Of a stretch of DNA of 42,502 bases, positions 28,305 through 36,393 are shown in pieces. Origin of the DNA: Bacteroidota bacterium (GTDB taxonomy: Bacteria > Bacteroidota > Bacteroidia > Bacteroidales > GCA-2748055); contig DAOWFP010000191.1 of assembly GCA_030637895.1 (NCBI GenBank), positions 1 to 42,502 of the forward strand, given 5' to 3'. A program made the translations under genes and the position numbers. How positions within the stretch are numbered: position 1 is the first letter of the stretch; every line of letters begins with the position of its first letter. The notes below the pieces were generated by a model that had not been told where the DNA came from, did no database searches, and saw nothing but the letters and a program-made list of their open reading frames with translations.

Positions 28305-28725
28305 TTCGTTCTTCTCTTTCCCTGAATTCAGACACCAGGTCGGCAATGGTTTCTGCTCTAAGCGCGGTTTTTACCTGGTTTCTTATATGGGCTAACTTGT
28401 GATGCACACTGCAGGGCTCGATGGCTTCGCAAGTGGTGGCTTTAATCACGCAATTTCCTAGATTTTCTTTTCCTTCTATAGCTTCAGCTACATCGAGCAT
28501 GGTAATATCAATGGCTGGTTTCGTTAAATAAAACCCTCCATTTGGGCCTTTAGTAGAGCCCAGCAGTTTGTTTTGTACAAGAAGCTGTACAATCTTACTA
28601 AGAAAATGTTCAGGAATATCCAGGTCTGTTATCATTTGTTTAATTCCTACCTTTTTTTCAGGAGAAGAGTAAAGTTCAAGATAGACCAGGGCCCTGATGG
28701 CAAAATTGCTAGTATTGGATAACAT
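28294..28725 (-). CDS. Rrf2 family transcriptional regulator (IscR/NsrR-like, probable Fe-S cluster ligands)
   Basis: N-terminal winged HTH (NFAIRALVYLEL...) and the Cys triad NCVIKATTCEAIEPC. It lies 3 nt downstream of rpiB on the same strand. Confidence 0.85.
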   Translation of the reverse strand: MLSNTSNFAIRALVYLELYSSPEKKVGIKQMITDLDIPEHFLSKIVQLLVQNKLLGSTKGPNGGFYLTKPAIDITMLDVAEAIEGKENLGNCVIKATTCEAIEPCSVHHKLAHIRNQVKTALRAETIADLVSEFREREERIRI

Positions 28726-28728
28726 ATT

Positions 28729-29169
28729 CTATTTCCTTAGGGGAATGTTAGAAATTCTTGCATCATGCCTTCCCCCCTCATATTCAGTCTCCAGAAAAGC
28801 ATCTACAATCTCAATAGCTGTCTCCAGGTCAATATACCTGGCGGGGATGGAGCAGATGTTTGCGTCATTGTGGCTTCTTGCTATCCCTGAAATCTCTCTG
28901 TTCCAACACAATGCGCCTCTAATCCCCTGGTGTTTATTGGTAACCATATTGATCCCGTTTCCGCTGCCGCAGAGAGAGAAGCCCATGTCGTACCTATTCG
29001 ACTCAACAGCTTCGGCCAAAGGGTGTCCAAAATCGGGGTAATTTACTGCCTTGGTGGAATCTGTTCCGAAATCCATTAGCTCATACCCTTTCTCTTCCAG
29101 ATATTTAATTATCGAAAGTTTCATCTGATATCCAGCATGATCCGAGGCAATGGCGAGGATTCTTTTCAT
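28729..29169 (-). CDS. rpiB: ribose-5-phosphate isomerase B (RpiB/LacAB family)
   Basis: ILAIASDHAGYQMK and CGSGNGINMVTNKHQGIRGALC motifs, 146 aa. Confidence 0.9.
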   Translation of the reverse strand: MKRILAIASDHAGYQMKLSIIKYLEEKGYELMDFGTDSTKAVNYPDFGHPLAEAVESNRYDMGFSLCGSGNGINMVTNKHQGIRGALCWNREISGIARSHNDANICSIPARYIDLETAIEIVDAFLETEYEGGRHDARISNIPLRK

Positions 29170-29180
29170 AAGCTACTTTT

Positions 29181-29415
29181 TTAACAATTCTACTGTTAAT
29201 TTGTTGTTCATTGATTTTAAAAAACACACACTTGCTCGGCTCCTCCATCTTAAGCCGTGAATTAAGCTAACTTTACCATGAAAAATAAACAGATTGTCAA
29301 CAGTCATTATCTTTGTTCCGGAGATATTTTTATTAAGTAAGCCTGATGCTAACAGGTGTTAATTTTTTTTGTAACATGCCAGTATTCAAAACTTAACAAA
29401 TATCCCGGTTGTTAA
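29181..29415. promoter_or_regulatory. cluster of TTAACA / TGTTAA hexamers arranged as inverted repeats in the rpiB-nadA divergent control region
   Basis: TTAACA at 29181 and 29393. TGTTAA at 29194, 29357 and 29410. One-mismatch copies cTAACA at 29349 and gTAACA at 29371, plus GGTTAACC at 29424. The pairs are TTAACA-N7-TGTTAA (29181-29199), cTAACA-N2-TGTTAA (29349-29362) and TTAACA-N11-TGTTAA (29393-29415). Confidence 0.45.
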
Positions 29416-29460
29416 TAGAGTGTGGTTAACCATTCAATAATTGATTATGCAAAGATACTT

Positions 29461-29479
29461 TCTGTTTTTTTAAAACAGA
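29461..29479. other. 8-bp stem / 3-nt loop hairpin (tctgtttt-ttt-aaaacaga) in nadA upstream region
   Basis: A perfect inverted repeat read directly from the sequence. It has no trailing U-run, so it is not a canonical intrinsic terminator. Confidence 0.3.
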
Positions 29480-29541
29480 ATCAACCGCCTATCATCATCA
29501 TTAGATAGATTTATACTTTAATATATTAATAATAATATAAG

Positions 29542-30543
29542 ATGAGTATTGTGAATAAATCAAAAATGGAGAACTTGGGTTTTATAGACCTTGATGTGGA
29601 TAAGTCTCTCAATATTGTTGATGAGATCAACCGTATGAGAAAAGAGAAGAACGCAGTGATTCTGGCTCATTTTTACCAGGAGGGTGAAATACAGGATATT
29701 GCTGATTTTGTTGGAGACAGCCTGGGTTTGTCACAACAGGCGGCAGCCACAGAAGCAGATATTATTCTCTTTGCCGGAGTTCATTTTATGGCAGAAACAG
29801 CCAAGATTCTGGCACCGGAAAAAAAGGTCCTGATCCCGGATCTGCAGGCTGGTTGTTCCCTTGCCGAATCCTGTCCACCGGAAGAATTTGCAGCATTTAA
29901 AAAGAATAATCCCGGCCATACAGTTATCTCCTATGTGAATACCACCGCAGAAATTAAGGCACTTACCGACATCATTTGTACCTCAAGCAATGCTCTTCAG
30001 ATTGTAGAGAGTCTTCCCAGGGATGAAAAAATTATATTTGCACCTGACAGAAACCTGGGTAACTATATAAAAAGTATGACAGGAAGAGAAATGCTTATTT
30101 GGGATGGAGCCTGTCATGTACATGAGGAGTTCAGCCTGGAAAGAATTCTTGAGCTGAAGAATGAATACCCTGATGCTCAAATAATTGCACATCCCGAATG
30201 TGAAAAACAAATTCTAATTGTCGCAGATCATATTGGATCTACCACGTCGCTGTTGAATTATACAATTAAGGACAGTGGAAAGGCTTATATTGTGGCAACA
30301 GAATCGGGTATTCTTCACCAGATGAGGAAGTCCAGTCCTGGTAAAAACTTTATTCCTGCACCACCCAAGGATTCGACCTGTGCATGCAATGATTGCAAAT
30401 TTATGAAACTGATTTCCCTTAAAAAGATCTATAATACTTTGAAGTATGAGCTTCCTGAAATAACTTTGGAACAGGATTTGATGGATAGGGCAAGAGGATC
30501 GATAGTCAGAATGCTCGATATATCAAATCGTCTACATCTATAA
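29542..30543 (+). CDS. nadA: quinolinate synthase
   Basis: 333 aa. [23 protein letters not shown], with the triplicated domain organisation and conserved Cys residues typical of NadA. Confidence 0.9.
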   Translation: MSIVNKSKMENLGFIDLDVDKSLNIVDEINRMRKEKNAVILAHFYQEGEIQDIADFVGDSLGLSQQAAATEADIILFAGVHFMAETAKILAPEKKVLIPDLQAGCSLAESCPPEEFAAFKKNNPGHTVISYVNTTAEIKALTDIICTSSNALQIVESLPRDEKIIFAPDRNLGNYIKSMTGREMLIWDGACHVHEEFSLERILELKNEYPDAQIIAHPECEKQILIVADHIGSTTSLLNYTIKDSGKAYIVATESGILHQMRKSSPGKNFIPAPPKDSTCACNDCKFMKLISLKKIYNTLKYELPEITLEQDLMDRARGSIVRMLDISNRLHL

Positions 30544-30552
30544 GCTACCTTC

Positions 30553-32130
30553 ATGTTTAAAAGGTTTATTCAATATATGTTACCGGTCCTGTTTTTAGGA
30601 ATCTGGCATATGCAACTTTCTGGCCAGGGAGAGGAAGTTGAAAATGGTTTCGTTCAGTTTTTTTATCCCAACGATCAGGTATCAAGTGAAGGCATGATGA
30701 GGGATGGAAAACCTGATGCTTACTGGCGAACATATTATGTAACCGGGGTTATTAAATCGGAAGGGAATCGAACCAATTTTTTGCTTGACAGCGTGTGGAA
30801 CTTTTATAACCAGGCGGGAGAGCTGACTGAGCAGATCTCTTACAAGATTGGAGAGAGAAGTGGATATTCTAATAAGTATATCTTCAACAATCCCCAAAAT
30901 CCAGGGCAACCAACCTTGATTTCCAGTGAGTTATATGTGATGGGTAAAAAAGAAGGGTCTTCGTTTTACTATCATCCTACCGGGGAATTGAAGTTGATGG
31001 TGTTTTATAAGGATGGGAAAAAGCAGGGATTATCAAGAGAGTTTTCAAAGGATAGTACACTGATTACTGTGGTTCTGTACAAGGACAATTATGTCACCGA
31101 CAGGGAACGGGTGAATAGAACAGATGAGGGAGGAAACAAACAGGGCACTTTCAGGGAGTACTATGAAAACGGGCGCATTAAAAAGGAAGAACATTACCTG
31201 GATAATAATCTTCATGGCTACTACCGGGAGTTTGACGGAAGAGGAGAACTGGTCATGGCCATGCGTTATGAGCGTGGGACAATTGTGGAAGAGATTGATG
31301 AGGATATGAAGGAGCTACTGGATATGAAAAGCACCTATGATCAACAAGGAAGACTCATCTTTACTGGAGGATACAAAGAGGGAGTGCCCGTGGGAATTCA
31401 CCGATTCTTTGATACAGCCGAGGTGGTTGTCAATGCACATCTCTATAATGAACTGGGACAGAAAGTTTCAGAAGGCATCATTGATGAACAGGGAAACCGA
31501 AAGGGTGCCTGGACTGACTTTTACTCCACGGGGGAGGTACGGGCAAAAGGTAACTATCTTAACAATCAACGATCAGGAAGATGGAGCTACTATTTTGGCA
31601 AGGGGGCCATTGAGCAGAAGGGGCGATTTGAAAGAGACAGGTATATGGGATTATGGAACTGGTATTATCCAAATGGTAACACATGGAGAGAAGAGAGCTA
31701 CTTTAACGGAAGAGAAGATGGGATGTTTGTGGAGTATGATCCTGTAGGAAATATTCTTACCAAAGGTGATTATATTGGAGGGGAAAAGGAAGGAGAATGG
31801 ATTTACCAGGTAGGAGATCATGAGGAAAGGGGAAGCTATGTGATAGGCCTGAGGGAGGGTACATGGAAGTATTATTATCCCGACAGGGCTTTAAAATATG
31901 AAGGTTCGTATTCACAGGGCAATCCAGATAAAAGACACAAGTACTATTATCCGGATGGCACCCTGAAAGAAGAGCAGTATTATGAGTTGGGTATCCGGGA
32001 GAAAAACTGGAAAAAGTATGATGAAGAGGGAAATCTGGACATGACCATCACCTACAAGAATAATGAGGAGCAGCGTATAAATGGAGTCAAAATCAAGCTT
32101 CCGGAAAGTGAAATTAAACTAATTCGTTAA
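30553..32130 (+). CDS. secreted MORN-repeat-variant (YwqK-like) repeat protein
   Basis: Signal peptide ([17 protein letters not shown]) followed by roughly 15-20 copies of a ~23-aa G.W..YY.NG......Y..G repeat (e.g. [36 protein letters not shown]). Confidence 0.7.
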   Translation: MFKRFIQYMLPVLFLGIWHMQLSGQGEEVENGFVQFFYPNDQVSSEGMMRDGKPDAYWRTYYVTGVIKSEGNRTNFLLDSVWNFYNQAGELTEQISYKIGERSGYSNKYIFNNPQNPGQPTLISSELYVMGKKEGSSFYYHPTGELKLMVFYKDGKKQGLSREFSKDSTLITVVLYKDNYVTDRERVNRTDEGGNKQGTFREYYENGRIKKEEHYLDNNLHGYYREFDGRGELVMAMRYERGTIVEEIDEDMKELLDMKSTYDQQGRLIFTGGYKEGVPVGIHRFFDTAEVVVNAHLYNELGQKVSEGIIDEQGNRKGAWTDFYSTGEVRAKGNYLNNQRSGRWSYYFGKGAIEQKGRFERDRYMGLWNWYYPNGNTWREESYFNGREDGMFVEYDPVGNILTKGDYIGGEKEGEWIYQVGDHEERGSYVIGLREGTWKYYYPDRALKYEGSYSQGNPDKRHKYYYPDGTLKEEQYYELGIREKNWKKYDEEGNLDMTITYKNNEEQRINGVKIKLPESEIKLIR

Positions 32131-32137
32131 TGGACGT

Positions 32138-33157
32138 ATGGAAGAAGATTTTGAATTCAGAGAAAAAGATTTAACGGATGCCGACCTGGAGATAGAAGCA
32201 CGATTGAGGCCTGCTGCGTTTTTAGATTTTGATGGTCAGCAGAAGATTGTTGATAATTTGAAAATTTTTGTTGAGGCGGCCCGCTTGCGGGATGAGGCAC
32301 TGGATCATGTGTTGTTGCACGGACCTCCTGGATTAGGAAAAACCACCCTGGCACTTATCATAGCCAATGAAATGGAGGTGGGTATAAAAATTACATCCGG
32401 ACCCGTACTTGATAAACCGGGAGATCTGGCCGGGCTGCTTACAGGGCTGGAAGAAGGAGATGTATTGTTTATCGATGAGATCCACCGGCTCTCACCTGTC
32501 GTGGAGGAGTATCTCTACTCTGCCATGGAGGATTATTTTATCGATATCATGATTGATAAGGGGCCGGCGGCACGGTCGGTACAACTTACTTTACAACCCT
32601 TTACCTTAATTGGAGCCACCACCAGGTCGGGTTTGTTAACAGGTCCACTTCGGGCCCGGTTTGGAATTAATTCCCTGTTGGAGTATTACGATGCAGATAT
32701 ATTAAACGGGATTGTAAAAAGATCTTCGGGGATATTAAAAGTGGAGATAAAGGGAGATGCTGCGCTTGAAATTGCTTCAAGAAGCCGGGGAACTCCCAGA
32801 ATTGCCAATGCATTGTTGAGAAGAATAAGGGATTTTGCCCAGGTGAAAGGGAGTGGAATAATTGATATGGAGATTACCAAGTATGGTCTGGATGCTTTAA
32901 ATATAGACCGTTCGGGGCTGGATGAGATGGACAATAAAATTCTTAATACGATTATTGATAAATTTCAAGGCGGTCCGGTAGGTTTAAATACCATTGCTAC
33001 TGCAGTTGGTGAAGAGGCGGGAACCATTGAAGAGGTGTACGAACCCTTCCTGATCAAAGAGGGTTATATCAAGCGGACACCCAGGGGAAGAGAGGTTACC
33101 AGGATTGCATATGAACACCTTGGCAAATATCCTGATAGCCAGAACTTTTTATTTTGA
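32138..33157 (+). CDS. ruvB: Holliday junction branch migration DNA helicase RuvB
   Basis: Walker [14 protein letters not shown], Walker [11 protein letters not shown], the sensor region, and a C-terminal winged helix. 339 aa. Confidence 0.95.
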   Translation: MEEDFEFREKDLTDADLEIEARLRPAAFLDFDGQQKIVDNLKIFVEAARLRDEALDHVLLHGPPGLGKTTLALIIANEMEVGIKITSGPVLDKPGDLAGLLTGLEEGDVLFIDEIHRLSPVVEEYLYSAMEDYFIDIMIDKGPAARSVQLTLQPFTLIGATTRSGLLTGPLRARFGINSLLEYYDADILNGIVKRSSGILKVEIKGDAALEIASRSRGTPRIANALLRRIRDFAQVKGSGIIDMEITKYGLDALNIDRSGLDEMDNKILNTIIDKFQGGPVGLNTIATAVGEEAGTIEEVYEPFLIKEGYIKRTPRGREVTRIAYEHLGKYPDSQNFLF

Positions 33158-33198
33158 TATTTTATATATATTTGTGGGGAATTGAAACCGTTGCAGCT

Positions 33199-33372
33199 AT
33201 GTTAGGAACTTTATTGAAGAATGCCGGACTTCTGATTATTCTGATTGGTGTAATCATTCTGGGAATTGTGGTTTTTGCTGGATCCCAGACCAATGCTTCT
33301 CTTGCGCTTAGCCTCGTGTTAATCATTGTTGGCCTTATTGGCCATATTGTTATCGGCAAAATGCTTGAGTAA
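33199..33372 (+). CDS. small two-TM membrane protein, unknown function
   Basis: 57-aa ORF from the ATG at 33199 (MLGTLLKNAGLLIILIGVIILGIVVF...LVLIIVGLIGHIVIG). The TTG at 33154 would overlap the ruvB stop. It is only weakly supported as a real gene. Confidence 0.4.
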   Translation: MLGTLLKNAGLLIILIGVIILGIVVFAGSQTNASLALSLVLIIVGLIGHIVIGKMLE

Positions 33373-33381
33373 TTTACCAAG

Positions 33382-34083
33382 TCATATATTGGCAATGTAC
33401 TTCAATCCTGGCTTGTCCAGGATTTTTATTTTTCGCCCATTTATTTCGATGTAAGCCTGGGATTTAAATTCCGAAAGCAAGCGTATTATAGATTCTGTTG
33501 CGGTGCCAACAATATTGGAAAGCTCCTCTCGGGTTAGTGATATATTAAGCACTCCTTGCGAATCTTCACCAAATTCATCCTCCAGGTGAATCAAAATCTC
33601 TGCCAGCCTTTCCTTTACTGTTTTTTGAGCTATATCGGTTATATAGGAGTTGGCTTCACCAAGTTCTTTACAGGTTAATTTCATCAATTCAACAGCGAAG
33701 TTGCCATTAGTCTTTACAAGATTGAGAAGTATTTCTGTGGGAATATGACACAGCACAGCCTCTTCGATTACCTCTGTGGTAGTACAGGCCGGCTCATTGC
33801 TTACCACCGATCGGTACCCAATAATATCGCCCGGTTTGGCGAATCTGATAATCTGCTCTTTCCCATCAATTCCGGTCTGATATATTTTAATTATACCGGA
33901 TTGGACACAACAGAATCCCTTCATTCGATTCCCTTCCTGGTAAACGATCGAACCTCTTTTGTAAGTTTCTGTTATCTTGTTGAGCATAATCTCCTGTAGT
34001 TCCTGTTCCACAAGATGTCGAAATAGAGGATGTGTCCGAATGGTGCAGGAATCACAGCTTAAATCAAAAGGATCGTCATGCAT
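33382..34083 (-). CDS. Crp/Fnr family transcriptional regulator
   Basis: cNMP-binding-like beta-roll (GDIIGYRS...) and a C-terminal HTH (LTREELSNIVGTATESIIRLLSEF). The N-terminus is Cys-containing (LSCDSCTIR). Confidence 0.85.
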   Translation of the reverse strand: MHDDPFDLSCDSCTIRTHPLFRHLVEQELQEIMLNKITETYKRGSIVYQEGNRMKGFCCVQSGIIKIYQTGIDGKEQIIRFAKPGDIIGYRSVVSNEPACTTTEVIEEAVLCHIPTEILLNLVKTNGNFAVELMKLTCKELGEANSYITDIAQKTVKERLAEILIHLEDEFGEDSQGVLNISLTREELSNIVGTATESIIRLLSEFKSQAYIEINGRKIKILDKPGLKYIANI

Positions 34084-34102
34084 CGAGCTAAAGTATTTAA
34101 GT

Positions 34103-34110
34103 CAAAAATA
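34103..34110 (-). promoter_or_regulatory. -7 promoter box TATTTTTG (minus strand) upstream of crp/fnr gene
   Basis: The reverse complement of caaaaata is an exact TAnnTTTG match, 20 nt upstream of the ATG at 34083. Confidence 0.45.
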
Positions 34111-34138
34111 ATTAAATATGCATTGAAAAAATAGAGCA

Positions 34139-34555
34139 ATGAAAGAAACAATCACAACAAAATGGCTTAGCGACCTAGCCTTTGAAGGAGAAGTGGACGG
34201 ACATAAGATCTATATGGATTCATCCATGGAACACGGAGGGAAGAATACCGGACCAAGACCTAAACCCCTGATGATGATTGCTCTGGCCGGCTGTACCGGC
34301 ATGGATGTGGCATCCATACTTAAAAAAATGAAGATGGATTTTGAGGAATTCTCCATTGAAGTTGAGGGCGATGTTACTGAAGATCACCCCAAGAGATTTG
34401 AAGGGATGAAGGTCATCTACAGATTTATTGGAAAGGATATCAACAGAAAAAGTGTGGAGAAAGCAGTGAATCTTTCCGTCACAAGGTATTGCGGGGTGTC
34501 GGCCAATTACGAAAAGGCCTTTCCCATTACCCACGAAATCATCATTGAAGAGTAG
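34139..34555 (+). CDS. OsmC/Ohr family peroxiredoxin-like protein
   Basis: 138 aa with the two conserved Cys contexts ALAGCTGMDV and VTRYCGVS. Confidence 0.85.
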   Translation: MKETITTKWLSDLAFEGEVDGHKIYMDSSMEHGGKNTGPRPKPLMMIALAGCTGMDVASILKKMKMDFEEFSIEVEGDVTEDHPKRFEGMKVIYRFIGKDINRKSVEKAVNLSVTRYCGVSANYEKAFPITHEIIIEE

Positions 34556-34606
34556 CAAAGCTAAATAAGCACTTCACGATAAAATAGCCCTTTAAAAACA
34601 TAGAGC

Positions 34607-35626
34607 TTAGTAGGCCGCTTTGAATTGCTCCAGAAAACGGATATCATTCTCGAAGTAAAGCCTTAGATCCTTTACCTGGTATTTGAGCATGGCAACACGC
34701 TCGACACCCATTCCAAAGGCAAAACCCGTGTATTTTTTAGAATCAATCTCATTGAATTCCAGAACATTGGGATCGACCATACCACAACCAAGGATTTCCA
34801 GCCAACCGGTGTACTTACACACGTTACACCCCTTTCCCCCACAGATCTGACAAGAAATGTCCATCTCTGCCGAGGGTTCGGTGAATGGAAAAAATGAGGG
34901 GCGAAGACGAATCTCCACATGCTTTCCAAACATCTCACGGGCAAAATAGAGCAAGGTCTGTTTCAGGTCGGCAAATGAGACGTTTTCGTCAATATAAAGA
35001 CCCTCAACCTGGTGGAAAATACAGTGAGCCCTGGCCGAAATGGCTTCATTTCTGAAAACCCTGCCAGGAGATATGGTTCGAATGGGCAGCGACTCATTTT
35101 CCATAACCCTTACCTGCACAGAAGAAGTATGCGTTCTGAGCAGGATATCGGGATCTTTTTCAATAAAGAAAGTATCCTGCATATCACGTGCGGGATGTTC
35201 CGGCGGAAAGTTCAGAGAAGAAAACACATGCCAGTCATCTTCTATTTCGGGACCTTCCGAAATGGTATAGCCCAACCTTCCAAAAATGGAGATGATTTCA
35301 TTTCGCACGATGGAGATGGGGTGTCTTGCCCCGGCCTGAACCGGCGGACCAGGCAGGGTAAGATCACGGGCGTCATCGTCGCCGCCATCCTCAGAAATAT
35401 CTGCCAGCAGCTGTTCTATTTTAGTGCTAATAAACTGCTTCAGCTCATTGATCTTTTGCCCCACCTCTCGCTTCTGGTCGGCAGGAACGTCCTTAAAGCT
35501 TCTGAATAATTCTGAAAGAATACCCTTTTTACCAAGGTAATGGATCCTGAACTGTTCAAGCTCTTCCTTCGTGTCTGCTTTGAACCGACCAGCCTCTTCA
35601 AGGATCTTATCAATATTGTGAAGCAT
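34607..35626 (-). CDS. pheS: phenylalanine--tRNA ligase alpha subunit
   Basis: FPPEHPARDMQDTFF (motif 1/2 region) and FGMGVERVAMLKY (motif 3), 339 aa. Confidence 0.95.
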   Translation of the reverse strand: MLHNIDKILEEAGRFKADTKEELEQFRIHYLGKKGILSELFRSFKDVPADQKREVGQKINELKQFISTKIEQLLADISEDGGDDDARDLTLPGPPVQAGARHPISIVRNEIISIFGRLGYTISEGPEIEDDWHVFSSLNFPPEHPARDMQDTFFIEKDPDILLRTHTSSVQVRVMENESLPIRTISPGRVFRNEAISARAHCIFHQVEGLYIDENVSFADLKQTLLYFAREMFGKHVEIRLRPSFFPFTEPSAEMDISCQICGGKGCNVCKYTGWLEILGCGMVDPNVLEFNEIDSKKYTGFAFGMGVERVAMLKYQVKDLRLYFENDIRFLEQFKAAY

Positions 35627-35646
35627 ATCTGTTTGAATTAGAGGTA

Positions 35647-35654
35647 CAAAAGTA
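35647..35654 (-). promoter_or_regulatory. -7 promoter box TACTTTTG (minus strand) upstream of pheS
   Basis: The reverse complement of caaaagta is an exact TAnnTTTG match, 21 nt upstream of the pheS ATG. Confidence 0.5.
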
Positions 35655-35666
35655 TAAAAAACAAGC

Positions 35667-36347
35667 TTATTTGATAAGGGAAATGGAATAGATTACATCT
35701 TCAATGGGCCGGTTGTAGGCATCGATAGGACTTAAGGCGATGGCATCAATGATCTCCAGACCCTCCACCACTTCACCAAAAACAGTATAAGCCCCATCCA
35801 GGTGCGGTGTTCCGCCAAGCGTCATGTAAATTTCAGCTGTCTCCTCGGTAAAACTGGCCATCCCCCTTTGGGTGAGTATATCGATCTCTTCAGGCGTAAG
35901 CACCCTGCCCTGCACCAGGTAAAACTGAGAACCATTTGAAGCCTGCTCCGGATTGACAGAGTCCCCCTTTCGGGCTGCAGCAAGAGCCCCCTTCTTATGT
36001 ATCAAACCTTTATGAAATTCAGCAGGAACCGTATATCCCGGACTTCCCGTACCCAAACGCTGACCTTTTTCTGCACCGGTGGAGTGTGGATCACCACCCT
36101 GGATCATGAAATCCTTGATCACCCGATGAAAAAGCTGATCCTTATAGAATCCCTCTTTGCATAGTTTGATCATGTTATCGCGGTGAGCGGGTGTTTCATT
36201 ATAGAGCTTGATGACCATATCGCCCAGACTGGTCTCGATTTTTATGAGTTGCTCACTTTTCGTATTCTGTGCCTTAGCTGGTGCCGAAAGAAATATGAGT
36301 GTTATTGTTATGTAAACTATCGGTTCGAACAGATAACTCTTCAACAT
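35667..36347 (-). CDS. cyclophilin-type peptidyl-prolyl cis-trans isomerase, exported
   Basis: FHRVIKDFMIQGGDP signature. The ATG at 36347 gives a signal peptide (MLKSYLFEPIVYITITLIFLSAPAKAQ). The longer ORF to 36413 would overlap the divergent patatin gene and its own promoter box. Confidence 0.85.
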   Translation of the reverse strand: MLKSYLFEPIVYITITLIFLSAPAKAQNTKSEQLIKIETSLGDMVIKLYNETPAHRDNMIKLCKEGFYKDQLFHRVIKDFMIQGGDPHSTGAEKGQRLGTGSPGYTVPAEFHKGLIHKKGALAAARKGDSVNPEQASNGSQFYLVQGRVLTPEEIDILTQRGMASFTEETAEIYMTLGGTPHLDGAYTVFGEVVEGLEIIDAIALSPIDAYNRPIEDVIYSISLIK

Positions 36348-36379
36348 AATTGATGTATTTTTAATATAGAATAGTCCTG

Positions 36380-36387
36380 CAAAGATA
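36380..36387 (-). promoter_or_regulatory. -7 promoter box TATCTTTG (minus strand) upstream of PPIase gene
   Basis: The reverse complement of caaagata is an exact TAnnTTTG match, 33 nt upstream of the ATG at 36347. Confidence 0.45.
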
Positions 36388-36393
36388 TAATGA

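Noticed and set aside
29278-29340. A 20-codon small ORF (MKNKQIVNSHYLCSGDIFIK) in the long intergenic region, considered as a possible leader peptide.
   Set aside because: It lies upstream of the only plus-strand -7 box, has no amino-acid bias suggesting attenuation, and in AT-rich DNA an ORF this short is expected by chance.
29170-29541. A known NAD+ riboswitch (nadA-motif or pnuC-motif) upstream of nadA.
   Set aside because: I cannot find the conserved C-rich and G-rich cores of those classes. The region has no CCCC run at all, and those motifs are described from other phyla. Only an unclassified-leader hypothesis is retained in the findings.
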